DNA of 64,000 nt from Candidatus Heimdallarchaeota archaeon (GCA_046761065.1 JBHIFL010000010.1:1-64000), one strand, 5' to 3'; positions 1 through 10,361 are shown, counted from the first letter of the stretch. The notes: generated by a model from the sequence alone, not told the origin. Numbers and translations are program-made.

Positions 1-249
1 TTTAGAAGCCATCTAATTTCTTAACCCTTTTATTTCTATTATGACCAGTAATATCTTGTACAATAAGGATCAACCCTATAGATTCCATTGAAGGGGAAAT
101 CGTGGGAATCGACAGGCGGTCCTGTCCTGAAGTCTAGATTTCGCTTACTTCCGATGTGGATTGTCCTGACAGACCCTTGTCAAGAGGGAATTATGCTATA
201 AAGAAACAGAGTCTCTTTGGAGCTTATCGAAGCTTGGAGCGATCCTATA

Positions 250-2847
250 ATGAAAGAGCTTCGTTATATTCTTGTAACAGCGACCATACTTAATTTGGTT
301 CTCTTGTTTGGGTGGATAGGGCTAACCTCGGAGGGTACTTTGACCAAATCATCTGATATGACAATATCTCCGGGTTTAGAATCATCCCTCCAAGCGCAAC
401 TCAGATTTGCGTCCGGAGGGGCTTTGGAGACTCCAATGGTAAAGAAGAATGAACTGTATCCTACAGCGGTTATTTTTGCAGAAAATTGGAATTTTGACCA
501 ATTCCCTCCAGTCCCCGGAAACCTCATACCTGGTGCTAAGATCAGCTTTGAAGGCGACACTTCGAAAGCAACAAGATTCTACAAAGACAGGGGTAACGGT
601 ATATACGACATTGAGATCACCCCCAAGCAGTCAGGAAGCCTTTATTTCAAAATCAAGGCATCAAAAGATGGATACGCCCTAAGCTCTGTCGAATTGATAT
701 TGTCAGTGGAGCAAACCCCCTCCGAGCTTCTATTTGTATCTAACAATCTATCTATCGAGACAGGAGTCGTGGAGATCAATTCTACATATACTACATTCAT
801 TAAATTCACAAGCGATTCTAGCCTAATCAACGATGCCAACATCGGAGTTGTTAGCCAGTTCTCGGGGTATAATTTTAGTTGGACCTCTACCCCCGATCCT
901 GGTGTATATAATGTCACGATAAGCCCTACAGAGGTTGGGAAAGAGGTCTACAGTATTTGGGCAGCCGTTGAGGGAGTGGCAACCAGTTCGGTTGATCTAA
1001 TTCTGACATCGACTCCATTCCAAACAGCACTTCGATTTATCTCTAATAAAATATCGAGGGAAACGAATCAGGGACGAGAACGCGTGAATATCAACGAAAC
1101 TTACACGACACTGGTTCAGTTCAACCGGACGAGCACCACCCCCGAAACGCCGATTGATGGTGCCTCCCTTCGGGTGACCCCCTCAGATCCAGGAGTCTTT
1201 CACCATCCCGTCGTCCCCTTAGGCAACGGGATATATAATATATCAATTTGGGCTAATCAGTCCAAGCAGTTCAGTATCGTCATCGAAGCTGGAAAACCAT
1301 GGTATTCCAATGCATCAGCAACCCTAACCCTCGAAGTTAGCTTGATCCCAGCCAATCTCGAGGTAATAAATCCCGATTTTCAGGAGAACCAACTCAATGT
1401 AACCTTTACAGACCCTATTAATGTGACAATACGTTTCCAAGATGACCAAGGGCCACTCGCGTGGGATAACTATACTATTGACGGTGGTGGTCTCCATTTT
1501 CATTCTTTAGCTACGGGAGAGGAATTTGGGGTGTATATTTTCCATTTTAACGCTTCTCATCCCGAAACATATTATGTCGCGCTTAATGCGACAGCTACGG
1601 GACATGAGGCCGCGGTTCTAAATATCAAGATCAGCGCAGACCCAATACCCATGGCCTACGAGCTATACAAAAATGGTGAAAGGCAAGGATCAGTCATTAA
1701 TATTGATGAAGGTCGTTCCACAAAAATTACTTTGATACTTCGTGAGTCACACGTCCCGTCGCACCCTCGTGATAATGAGCTGATTGGGGGCGCCCACGTT
1801 GAGTATTCGTGGGAGGGGGGCAGCGGGGTCATGCAAGACTTAGGCAATGGGACCTATACTTTGGAGTTGTCAGGAGAAGGATTAGACACTGGGACACCAC
1901 ACCAATTTAACATCTCTGCTACGAAAGGACACGATTTTAAAGCTCTAAAAATCACGTACTCAGTGGTGATTAACCCCAAACCTCCTTCGCAATTCGAGCG
2001 ATGGCTTTCCGATTACTGGTACATCGCGATGGGGGGAATTATCGCAGGCTTCGGGTTGCTTGGCTACATGTTTCGAAGAAGACAACAATCCAAGAAAGAA
2101 CAAGCCCTTTTTGAGGAACGGATAAGGTCATGCTACGAATTAATATCTGACATTTTAAGCTTTCAAGACCTATTGATCATTTCTGCGGATGGATCACTCA
2201 TTTATGGGTTTAGGACCGCTACCGCTGTAGAGGCAAGCGGTGGCGGCGAATCCTTGCACTCTGCCTTTATGATGGCGCTCAAGACCTTCGCTGGCGAGTC
2301 AATAATGCTGGATGAGCTAATAGGAGAAGATCACTTTCGATTTGGAGAAACGGAGATCTTTCTTGTCAGTGGGGATATGGCGACCTTTGCCTTTCTCTAC
2401 GAGGCCCAAATGATAGACGATGAGTGGAAGAGAGTATCTACAGAGATGCTAGCAAGGTGCAAAGAAGTCGTAGCAGCTATTGAATTCGAATTTCAAGAGG
2501 CGTTAGAAGGCTATCAGGAATCCCATGACTCGGCTCTTATCTCACAGAAGAAGATTACCCGGCGGATTTCAGAGATTATGGAACTCGATGTAAGAATGGC
2601 TCATGAGCTTAAGCTCACAGGGAAAAAACTTCAGATTGAGGAAGCCTATCTTCCGAATAAAAAAGCAATTCTGGAGAGCATCCAGCAATTGGATATGGAA
2701 ACAGGCGCTATAATATTGACTACCCTCTTAGAGAGGGTAGCTGATTTAGGAATACCGACAGATGAAGCAGTATTTATCTTTTATCAGCTGCGAGTTGGGG
2801 GAATGCTTCAACCGAAATTAAACGAGAACCCTATTAATATTACGTAG
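250..2847 (+). CDS. Large cell-surface protein: N-terminal signal/TM, Ig-like beta repeats, single TM, cytoplasmic longin/roadblock-like plus winged-helix-like tail
   Basis: ORF 217..2847; likely ATG at 250 (MKELRY followed by a hydrophobic stretch). About 100-aa repeats 'LxFxSN..ETG.V.I...YTT', many NxS/T sequons, TM 'YWYIAMGGIIAGFGLLGYMF' followed by RRRQQ, cytoplasmic 'LLIISADGSLIY...HSAFMMALKTFAGE'. Confidence 0.75.
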   Translation: MKELRYILVTATILNLVLLFGWIGLTSEGTLTKSSDMTISPGLESSLQAQLRFASGGALETPMVKKNELYPTAVIFAENWNFDQFPPVPGNLIPGAKISFEGDTSKATRFYKDRGNGIYDIEITPKQSGSLYFKIKASKDGYALSSVELILSVEQTPSELLFVSNNLSIETGVVEINSTYTTFIKFTSDSSLINDANIGVVSQFSGYNFSWTSTPDPGVYNVTISPTEVGKEVYSIWAAVEGVATSSVDLILTSTPFQTALRFISNKISRETNQGRERVNINETYTTLVQFNRTSTTPETPIDGASLRVTPSDPGVFHHPVVPLGNGIYNISIWANQSKQFSIVIEAGKPWYSNASATLTLEVSLIPANLEVINPDFQENQLNVTFTDPINVTIRFQDDQGPLAWDNYTIDGGGLHFHSLATGEEFGVYIFHFNASHPETYYVALNATATGHEAAVLNIKISADPIPMAYELYKNGERQGSVINIDEGRSTKITLILRESHVPSHPRDNELIGGAHVEYSWEGGSGVMQDLGNGTYTLELSGEGLDTGTPHQFNISATKGHDFKALKITYSVVINPKPPSQFERWLSDYWYIAMGGIIAGFGLLGYMFRRRQQSKKEQALFEERIRSCYELISDILSFQDLLIISADGSLIYGFRTATAVEASGGGESLHSAFMMALKTFAGESIMLDELIGEDHFRFGETEIFLVSGDMATFAFLYEAQMIDDEWKRVSTEMLARCKEVVAAIEFEFQEALEGYQESHDSALISQKKITRRISEIMELDVRMAHELKLTGKKLQIEEAYLPNKKAILESIQQLDMETGAIILTTLLERVADLGIPTDEAVFIFYQLRVGGMLQPKLNENPINIT

Positions 2848-3039
2848 GCCTCGATGAGTGTTAGACCTATTAATGAAAGAAAATGGGTATTTGGAAGAAA
2901 AGCGTAACGAGCAGATCATGGGCTTCTGGCTCTATGAGTGAATAAAAGTCAATCGATAATGCGTACCTCCACCTTACCAATTGAAACAGCCTTGGATGAT
3001 TTGGAATAGGTATATGTGTATATCCATGTAACTAACTAA

Positions 3040-6000
3040 TCATGAGTCGAAATCATTATCATCTACTAAACTAGTATCAGCAATGGATCGCAGCTTATCA
3101 AGGAACTTCCGTTTCTCCTCTAGAGCAAAAAGGGTAATCCTTTCTTCGTGAGGGTGTTCCTCAAAACTTAATACTAACTCCTTTTTTCGTTCATCGGCCA
3201 TTAACTCGGCGAATTCGGCGTCTTCAGCCTTTTGCGACTCTTCCACCTGTTCCAGGTTCGACACTGGAGCAATCGCGCCCTCCTCTCGAAGTTGATAAAA
3301 TATGAACACAATGTCATCGGGGGGGATTCCTGACCCCTCTAATCGCTCCAGAACCCGTATTAAATTGATTTCACCTTCTTCATCATCACTCATCTGTTCA
3401 ATAGTTTGGATAATCGTGCTTTCATCATGAAGACCAATATTCGTGTGGGTTCCCATATCTATGATGCGGTGAGGGAAGATAAGGTTAAGACCCAGAACTT
3501 CTGTAACCAATTCCGAGATCTTCGAATGTGGAATCGCGCTTGTAACATAAAACGTTTCAAATTCCTTGATATTATCCTGAAATTCAAATTCAATCCTTGT
3601 AGTCAATTCCCGACATTTTTCAAGAACACTGTGTGTAACTTTCTTCCAATCCCCATCTCGGGTTTGAGCGGAAAACATGTAAGCGAAGATGAGGTTCTGG
3701 ATACTATACAGAAAGATTTCCGTTCCTCCAAATCGGAAGTGATCCTCCTTACTTAACGTGCCGTCAGATGCTAAGGATTTCCCAGCAAACGTCTTGAGCG
3801 CCGCGATGAAAGAAGAATACAAGGTTGTATCTAGTCCCTGTTGGCTCAAACTTTCTGCAAAGCTGTAAAACGCGATTCCACTAGGTGTCATCACAAATAG
3901 ATCAAGAAAATGCGCAATGTCTGTGATATATTCCATTGTCATCCATTTTCGTGCCTCAAGGAGGGCTAGTTTCCGTCTCTTCTTGCGTTCCTTCAGAATG
4001 TAGCTTGCCGCACTACCGATGACAAGACCTCCCCCAATGCTAAGGTGTTTCCAGTACTTATGTAAGAATGAAGCGGGTTCTTGCACGATTAAAGTGTACT
4101 CAACGACTAAGGAGGCATGATTGGCTTTCTCTGCCACAATTTGAAACGTATAATTTCCGATATCTAGTTGTTCTCCAGAAAGATCGGCCACATAAATCCC
4201 ATTGCCCAGATCTTCCATGGTGCCACGAAGATCATCTCCCACCAAGGAATAGGTCACGGTAGCGCCAATGATTGGAGAATCGTCAACCTCATTTCTCAGC
4301 TCAATCATTAGTTGTTGGGAATCTGTTCCGCCGATAACATTCACAGGTGGATCCTTAATTACTATAGGGATCGGCTTGGCCATAATAACAGTTGTTAGAC
4401 TCGCATTCGCATAATATGGTTTGTAAAGTGTAAGAGTGAGCGAATACGTGCCTGGAACGGAGGCCTTGAAGCTGAAAAGGTACTCTCCCACCCCCTCTCC
4501 TTCCGTCCAAGACAGAAACTCAATGCCCTCAGCCACCCATTCGAAATGCTCAAAGTGCATCCCCTCGTCGCTTTCGTTGGTATAAAGAACAGCGAGCTCA
4601 ATTGGCTCGGTGTAAACGAGACTCAGCCGATTATCTACAATCTCTGGATTGGTTGACCGGAGTTTTGTTGGAAGCGGTTCGACAATCAGGGTAAGCAAGG
4701 CGGAGGTATTCTGATATTTGGGACCGACGGAGGCCTCCAGATCGAGGTTGAGCTGGCTTATGAGTGTTGAACTTATCTCAATTTGGTAGATCCCAGTACC
4801 ATTACCAACCGGAATCACGGTATAGCTCAAGTTGGGGCTGGAACTTCGGACCTCAATCGTGCCACCATCGATGGGGAGCTCGGGATATACAACTGTCGCA
4901 TTTAACTGTACCATGGTGCTGTATGTGTCGTACACCTGAACGGCTCCAGTCTCCGTGGATTTGTGATTCGATAGAAACCTAAGCCGAGTCTCTATAAGAC
5001 CGGTGACCAGCACTAGGGTCACCGAATCCGTCTCATACTGGGCTTTAGAGGCTTCGATGACGAGACTGAACTGCTTGGATTCATTGGCGCTGACCGTAAT
5101 CTGATAGTACCCAAAGCCCAAAGGGGTGACGGTGTTCGAGACCCCGGGATCTGAGGAGACCACATTAAGGGTCGCATTATCAATTGGCGTCTCAGGGGAG
5201 GTGCTTGTCCGGTTGAACTGAACCAGCGTCGTGTAGGTTTCGTTGATCTGAACTGGCGCCAGTTCTATATCTTGATAATTGGAAGTAAAATATAGGTCGG
5301 TTTGAATTGGGACAATATCCAAGACCAGCGTGGCTAAGGCGCTGTTGAATCCCGCCTTAGAAGCCTGGATTTGAAGGATAAAATGCCCTATTTTCTCTGG
5401 TTTAGGTGTAAGTTTGATGCGGTAAACTCCCGCACCTTCTGCTTGGATTTCTTTGGAAACAGCGCCTTCTGAATCAATAATATCAATTTGGGCTCCATCG
5501 ATGGGGTTCCCCCCGCCCTCGATATCAACGTACTTAACCTTAGTTGTATATATTCTGTCGATTTCTATTGACCCTGTCTCAGTGGATCGGTCGTTCGAAG
5601 TGAATTTGAGTGTCGTACCCGAAGGTGCCTCGGTCGTAAAATTAACGGCGCCTGTTTCCGGGTAAATTGCTGTGTTTCCCCATTCGTCTGCCGACAAAAC
5701 CCGATATTTATAAGTTGTTTCAGGTTCCAAATCAGGGATGTAGAGTGAGTGACTTGTCGTCAACACACCATCTTCCACCGACATGGAGAAGGGAGGTCCA
5801 GTCCCCCCGTACTCTACTTTGCTGGTACTTGGCTCATCTGTCAACCAAACTATGGTGGCTCCATCAACTTCGGGGAGCGCTTCTACGTTCTGAATAACTG
5901 GAGGAGTTGTATCCAAAGGCGGAGCAGTTGTGAATTGATAATAAAAGCCACCATCATTATCTACGCGGGTATTCCCCGCGGTGTCTGTGGATGCCACTTC

Positions 6001-7635
6001 ATATCTGTAAGTAGTCGCGGGGGTAAGCCCTGTCAGGGGCACTGAGTGGTATATCACCATGGTTGTATCCGATTTAGTAGAATTAGGAGGAATAAACGTT
6101 CCGTAGTTCACGACACTGTCACTGGGCTCATCCGTTTCCCAAGTAATCGTTGCACTGGTGTCCAAAATGTTATTGGTCTGCACATTCTTAATTTCTGGTG
6201 GGGTGGAATCTGGCTCTGATAAGGTTGTAAAGGAGTAGATACCGTCTGTAGCGGTATTTCCTGCGGCATCCTTGGATTCTACCTCATAATAATATGTGGT
6301 ATTGGAGTCGAGTCCTATGAGGACCACTATATGGCTTGTGACCAGAGTTTTGTCGGATTCCGTGTGTCCAAGAGATTGGGTTTTCCCATAGTTCACAATG
6401 CTATCACTGGGCTCATCGGTGTTCCATGTAATCGTCGCGCTCTGAACATCGGGACTAGCGGTTACATTACTTATGATTGGGGGAGTTGTATCCGAAGGGG
6501 TCGTGGTTGTCGTCGTTGTCGTTACCGGGGGGGTCGTGGTTGTCGTCGTTGCAGGGGTGTAGGTGACAATTAAGGTGGCATCAATCTCCCATGCGGAACA
6601 TTCATAATCGTTCGATTCGGCTCCCGCTTGAAATTTTATCGTATAAGTCGAGGAGGTAATAGATATTGTGAAGTTGTTCCACTTGTTTTCAGCGAGATTA
6701 CCTAGAGAATGCCATTGGTTCCCACTCGTATCCCACTCATAGACATTCAAATTTTCTGATGTATTAAATTCTCCTGTGTAAATGCATAATTCTTCAATTT
6801 CTTCACTATAATCGACGGAAGTCCATTGCTCTTCCAAATCTAACTCATAATTTGGCAAATGATAACTAACTCGTAAGACAGCGGCGTCGCATAGTTGTCC
6901 TCCATTGTGAAATGCATTAGGGTCTTCAGTACGAAGAGCAATTTGAGCTTCATTGATTTTAGCCCAGGTATTGAGCTGTGAACTGACATCAACTTGTTTC
7001 CAAGCGACAGTTCCCTGACCTTTAAAGTCCATCACTTGTAGCCAAGTCCCATCATATAGGAGAACCGAAAAATAACTATTGCCCGGTTTTGTTGGGTTTG
7101 CGCGCCCAAAAACTCTTAATGTAACGGAAATAATGCTCCCTCTTTGGTTTGTATCTGTAAACCCAAAAGAACCCATCATATCGCCGTGATTAGAGCCGGT
7201 CCCCCCGTCTATAGCGTACACTAAATTAGTCATATCTTGAGCGTCTAGGAACGGAGAACTACCATTTGTCATCCAATCGATTTGCTGCCAATCAAATGAA
7301 TCAACATAGAGGTCGATAAAACCATTATTTCCACCTGTATCCTCTTCGGTGAGTATATCAACGGTACCATCCGGTCCCGATTGCTGATTAGGAAAATTAG
7401 AATGTGTTCCCTTATCAGCGCTGCCATCTACATTGCTATTAAAATTGTCCACATAATTCTCCTGGCCATACGAAAGAGAGAGCGATTGAACCTTCGACTG
7501 TCCCTGAAAGGCGGGATTATTTGCATTTAGCAGAGGATTCAAAGTTTTTTCGGTAACAATTATAATTGGAAGCATTAAAACTAGAATAACGACTATTATC
7601 GACACAAAGTGTCGATTTCCCCCTTTCATGGCCAA
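3040..7635 (-). CDS. Giant surface protein paralogous to 250..2847, with three extra FN3-like (purple-acid-phosphatase N-terminal type) repeats and a Thr-rich linker
   Basis: 1531 aa. Three 'DTTPP.I.NV...ATI.W.TDEPS.S.V.YG' repeats, a TTTTTTPP linker, the same Ig-like repeats and cytoplasmic domain (ALKTFAG, DHFRFG.TEIFL, VFIFYQLR) as the neighbour, and an acidic C-terminal extension. Confidence 0.78.
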   Translation of the reverse strand: MAMKGGNRHFVSIIVVILVLMLPIIIVTEKTLNPLLNANNPAFQGQSKVQSLSLSYGQENYVDNFNSNVDGSADKGTHSNFPNQQSGPDGTVDILTEEDTGGNNGFIDLYVDSFDWQQIDWMTNGSSPFLDAQDMTNLVYAIDGGTGSNHGDMMGSFGFTDTNQRGSIISVTLRVFGRANPTKPGNSYFSVLLYDGTWLQVMDFKGQGTVAWKQVDVSSQLNTWAKINEAQIALRTEDPNAFHNGGQLCDAAVLRVSYHLPNYELDLEEQWTSVDYSEEIEELCIYTGEFNTSENLNVYEWDTSGNQWHSLGNLAENKWNNFTISITSSTYTIKFQAGAESNDYECSAWEIDATLIVTYTPATTTTTTPPVTTTTTTTTPSDTTPPIISNVTASPDVQSATITWNTDEPSDSIVNYGKTQSLGHTESDKTLVTSHIVVLIGLDSNTTYYYEVESKDAAGNTATDGIYSFTTLSEPDSTPPEIKNVQTNNILDTSATITWETDEPSDSVVNYGTFIPPNSTKSDTTMVIYHSVPLTGLTPATTYRYEVASTDTAGNTRVDNDGGFYYQFTTAPPLDTTPPVIQNVEALPEVDGATIVWLTDEPSTSKVEYGGTGPPFSMSVEDGVLTTSHSLYIPDLEPETTYKYRVLSADEWGNTAIYPETGAVNFTTEAPSGTTLKFTSNDRSTETGSIEIDRIYTTKVKYVDIEGGGNPIDGAQIDIIDSEGAVSKEIQAEGAGVYRIKLTPKPEKIGHFILQIQASKAGFNSALATLVLDIVPIQTDLYFTSNYQDIELAPVQINETYTTLVQFNRTSTSPETPIDNATLNVVSSDPGVSNTVTPLGFGYYQITVSANESKQFSLVIEASKAQYETDSVTLVLVTGLIETRLRFLSNHKSTETGAVQVYDTYSTMVQLNATVVYPELPIDGGTIEVRSSSPNLSYTVIPVGNGTGIYQIEISSTLISQLNLDLEASVGPKYQNTSALLTLIVEPLPTKLRSTNPEIVDNRLSLVYTEPIELAVLYTNESDEGMHFEHFEWVAEGIEFLSWTEGEGVGEYLFSFKASVPGTYSLTLTLYKPYYANASLTTVIMAKPIPIVIKDPPVNVIGGTDSQQLMIELRNEVDDSPIIGATVTYSLVGDDLRGTMEDLGNGIYVADLSGEQLDIGNYTFQIVAEKANHASLVVEYTLIVQEPASFLHKYWKHLSIGGGLVIGSAASYILKERKKRRKLALLEARKWMTMEYITDIAHFLDLFVMTPSGIAFYSFAESLSQQGLDTTLYSSFIAALKTFAGKSLASDGTLSKEDHFRFGGTEIFLYSIQNLIFAYMFSAQTRDGDWKKVTHSVLEKCRELTTRIEFEFQDNIKEFETFYVTSAIPHSKISELVTEVLGLNLIFPHRIIDMGTHTNIGLHDESTIIQTIEQMSDDEEGEINLIRVLERLEGSGIPPDDIVFIFYQLREEGAIAPVSNLEQVEESQKAEDAEFAELMADERKKELVLSFEEHPHEERITLFALEEKRKFLDKLRSIADTSLVDDNDFDS
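6497..6551. repeat. Perfect 22-bp direct repeat (33-bp period) encoding the Thr/Pro linker
   Basis: ggggtcgtggttgtcgtcgttg at 6497-6518 and 6530-6551. Confidence 0.85.
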
Positions 7636-7797
7636 CCCCCATTCAGGCTGAGTGTACTATTTATTATTCACTAAATTCATGAATAAAAGGATTCACTTTT
7701 AGTAGCCTTGAAAAGCCCCACAAGTCAAAAAGGCGTATTGTACTTCAATAAAAATTGTTTAAATCTAAGTGGTTCCTTAAAGAACGGTTTCATAAAA

Positions 7798-8325
7798 TTA
7801 GTGAGAAAGTCTCTTCATCGTGTTTTCAAAAATTTCGTAATCGGCTTGTGAAAATAAGATGATGATTGCCTGTTCCAAACTCCTAGGCTCAAATTCGCTA
7901 ATGGTTTGAAGGATGATTTCTGCGCCCTTACTAACTGGAAAGCCCGCGATGCCACAACCCACTGCGGGAAATGCGATGGTCTTCAACCCAAGCTCTTCTG
8001 CGCGTAAGAGGGAATTCCGAACCGATTTTTTAATGCTTTCAGCTGTGGCCACACCCCCGAGGTGCATCGAGGCGGCATGGATTACATATTTGGCTTTCAG
8101 CCGCCCTGCGTTCGTGACTGCTGCTTCCCCTAAGGGAATTGGCCCTTTGTTTATCGCTTCTTCGTTGATTTCCTCGCCTCCCGCACGTCTAATGGCCCCT
8201 GCCACGCCTCCACCCATAATTAACCGGGTGTTCGCGGCGTTCACAATAGCATCAACATCCTGTTGTGTGATATCTCCTTTGCGTAATTCGATATTCAATT
8301 TAGTTGCCCCAATCTGAGTTCTCAT
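7798..8325 (-). CDS. Macro domain protein (O-acetyl-ADP-ribose deacetylase / Appr-1-p processing family)
   Basis: GDIT..VDAIVNAAN..L..GGGVAGAI, VIHA, AFPAVGCGIAG motifs; likely start MRTQIG at 8325. Confidence 0.92.
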   Translation of the reverse strand: MRTQIGATKLNIELRKGDITQQDVDAIVNAANTRLIMGGGVAGAIRRAGGEEINEEAINKGPIPLGEAAVTNAGRLKAKYVIHAASMHLGGVATAESIKKSVRNSLLRAEELGLKTIAFPAVGCGIAGFPVSKGAEIILQTISEFEPRSLEQAIIILFSQADYEIFENTMKRLSH

Positions 8326-8383
8326 AATAACAAATTTTTTTGATTTTTGATTCCCGTCATAGCGACACTGGAGGTAAATTATC

Positions 8384-9277
8384 ATGCCATCTCTTGACCT
8401 TCAAGGAATTATCGTGCCATTGATCACGCCATTTACTCGAGTTGGGGATGTTTACGAAGATGGCTTACGCCATTTATTGGATTTCCATTTAAAAAAGGGA
8501 AGTCACGGGTTGTTTATCTGTGGAACGTTTGGGTCCGGCCCAATCATGTCAACACCGGAACGCAAACAGGTAACAGAGATTACCATTGATCAGATCAATG
8601 GGAGGGTTCCCGTAATTGTGCAAATCGGGTCACCCTCCACTGCACAAGTCCTTGACTTAGCACGACACGCGCAAGATACTGGAGCAAGTGCTGTTGCGTC
8701 CACTCCCCCATATTATTATCAGCATGACGAGCAGACAGTGGCACAACACTTCCAAGAACTGGTCGGGGCGGTTGATATCCCTGTCTTCTATTACAATACC
8801 CCAAAGACCACGGGCTTCATACTCAGACCCGATTTCCTCGCAAAGCTCGTGGGTTTAGGGGTGCAAGGGATAAAGGACAGCGGGTTTAATTTTGTTGAAT
8901 TCACCCACTATCTGAGCGTCTTGGAGGATCAACCTGATTTCACATATGTAGTAGGGACGGAGACTGTGTGTTTGCCAGCAATGCTTCTAGGAGTAAAAGC
9001 TTGTATCTCAGGCTTATCTAATGTCTTCCCTGAGCTCGTGATAGATCTATTTAATACAACACATGCGAAAAATTACGAAAAAGCAGGCAAACTTCAGATC
9101 AAAGTGAACCAAGCTAGAAGAGCGCTACACATCCCCCATTCCCCCCATGCAGCGGTTTATTCGATTCTAACATGGCGTGGTTTGGATGTTGGCATTCCGA
9201 AACCCCCGATTCTGCCGGTATCGAGGGACGATGAAGACCGAATGAAGGACGCCTTTAAAAACCTCGGTTTATTGTGA
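8384..9277 (+). CDS. Dihydrodipicolinate synthase / N-acetylneuraminate lyase family aldolase
   Basis: GIIVPLITPF, PPYY, catalytic Tyr (FYYNTP) and Schiff-base Lys (GIKDSG); the GTTGE loop reads GTFGS. GGAGG RBS upstream. Confidence 0.88.
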   Translation: MPSLDLQGIIVPLITPFTRVGDVYEDGLRHLLDFHLKKGSHGLFICGTFGSGPIMSTPERKQVTEITIDQINGRVPVIVQIGSPSTAQVLDLARHAQDTGASAVASTPPYYYQHDEQTVAQHFQELVGAVDIPVFYYNTPKTTGFILRPDFLAKLVGLGVQGIKDSGFNFVEFTHYLSVLEDQPDFTYVVGTETVCLPAMLLGVKACISGLSNVFPELVIDLFNTTHAKNYEKAGKLQIKVNQARRALHIPHSPHAAVYSILTWRGLDVGIPKPPILPVSRDDEDRMKDAFKNLGLL

Positions 9278-9326
9278 CAGTGAATTCTTTTTCTCTACAA
9301 TAGGATCATTAAGGTCTGAATAGAAT

Positions 9327-10259
9327 ATGATGGATAAAATCCAAGTTGGGTGTTCATACTCCTTTTCTAGGTTTGTCCCTAACCGCACACAATTCGAAAC
9401 CGCTGTTAAGGAATTCATTAATTGTGGACTTAATACAATTGAGCTCTTGTTCTTGGGATGTGTCCTTGGGATTCCTAAGCCCGGACCTCTCCTCTATTAC
9501 CCATCGGTCGATCAAGCCACCTCCACCTCCAAATTGTTGAGCGGATTCTCGATAAGCATTCATGGTCCATACACTATTAGTCTTACAGCCACCGAAAAAC
9601 GCCAAAAGCAGACAACAAAAGCCCATTTCACGATGAATTTGAAACTTGGGCATGCCTTAGGTGCCACCCATCTCACTTTTCATACTGGGACACGAAAGCA
9701 CCAAGGGGATGGAAAGCTAGTTAAAGCGTTTTTGAAAGAAATTTTAGCAGAGAAAGAGAAAAAAGGGTATAACCTCCGCCTTGCACCCGAAGTCGCAGGG
9801 AAGTTACGCTCTTTTGCTGGGTTTCGTCAGATTGTTGAAGTTGCTCATGAGTGTGGAACCCTTTTTTGCTGGGATTTCAGCCACGACTTTGCGCGAGGAG
9901 GCGATGTCACGACTGAAGCAGGAATTTTGAAACGGTTGGAACTGATTGATGACAATATAGATTTGAAAGGGAATCGATTACCAATTCACCTATCAGGGAT
10001 CGTTGGAGGTCGATGGGGGGAAGTGACGCACACCTTTTTGGATAGAGGGAGCGGGGTGCCTTGGCGTTTATTCCTAACCGTGCTTCGGGAGCAAGGGTGG
10101 CTTGAACGTATCCAAATTATTTGCGAGTCAAAAGGCAAAGGGACATCTGGCTTAGACGCACGAGTTAAGGACGCCCTTAACATTAAGAAATTCATTGAAA
10201 CCGGGGAATCAGTAACAGAATATGTCCCAAGGAAATCGAGATTAGACGCTCATTTCTAG
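9327..10259 (+). CDS. AP endonuclease family 2 (archaeal endonuclease IV-like TIM barrel)
   Basis: Metal ligands IHGPY, FHTG, APE.AGK, DFSH, IHLSG, ICES; C-terminal PIP-like KSRLDAHF. Confidence 0.8.
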   Translation: MMDKIQVGCSYSFSRFVPNRTQFETAVKEFINCGLNTIELLFLGCVLGIPKPGPLLYYPSVDQATSTSKLLSGFSISIHGPYTISLTATEKRQKQTTKAHFTMNLKLGHALGATHLTFHTGTRKHQGDGKLVKAFLKEILAEKEKKGYNLRLAPEVAGKLRSFAGFRQIVEVAHECGTLFCWDFSHDFARGGDVTTEAGILKRLELIDDNIDLKGNRLPIHLSGIVGGRWGEVTHTFLDRGSGVPWRLFLTVLREQGWLERIQIICESKGKGTSGLDARVKDALNIKKFIETGESVTEYVPRKSRLDAHF

Positions 10260-10347
10260 CGATTAATGGGTTCAGAACCACCTCTACTATGAGGAATAGC
10301 TTCCTCTGGAAACTGAGGATATTTAAGAGGAAAGAAAGAAATACTTT

Positions 10348-10356
10348 AGGAGGCGA
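10348..10356 (+). promoter_or_regulatory. Shine-Dalgarno site for AMP phosphorylase
   Basis: aggaggcga ending 5 nt before CTG 10362. Confidence 0.65.
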
Positions 10357-10361
10357 ATGAA

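Noticed and set aside
6497-6551. Direct repeat as a CRISPR or regulatory array
   Set aside because: Only two copies, inside a CDS, explained by the Thr-rich linker.
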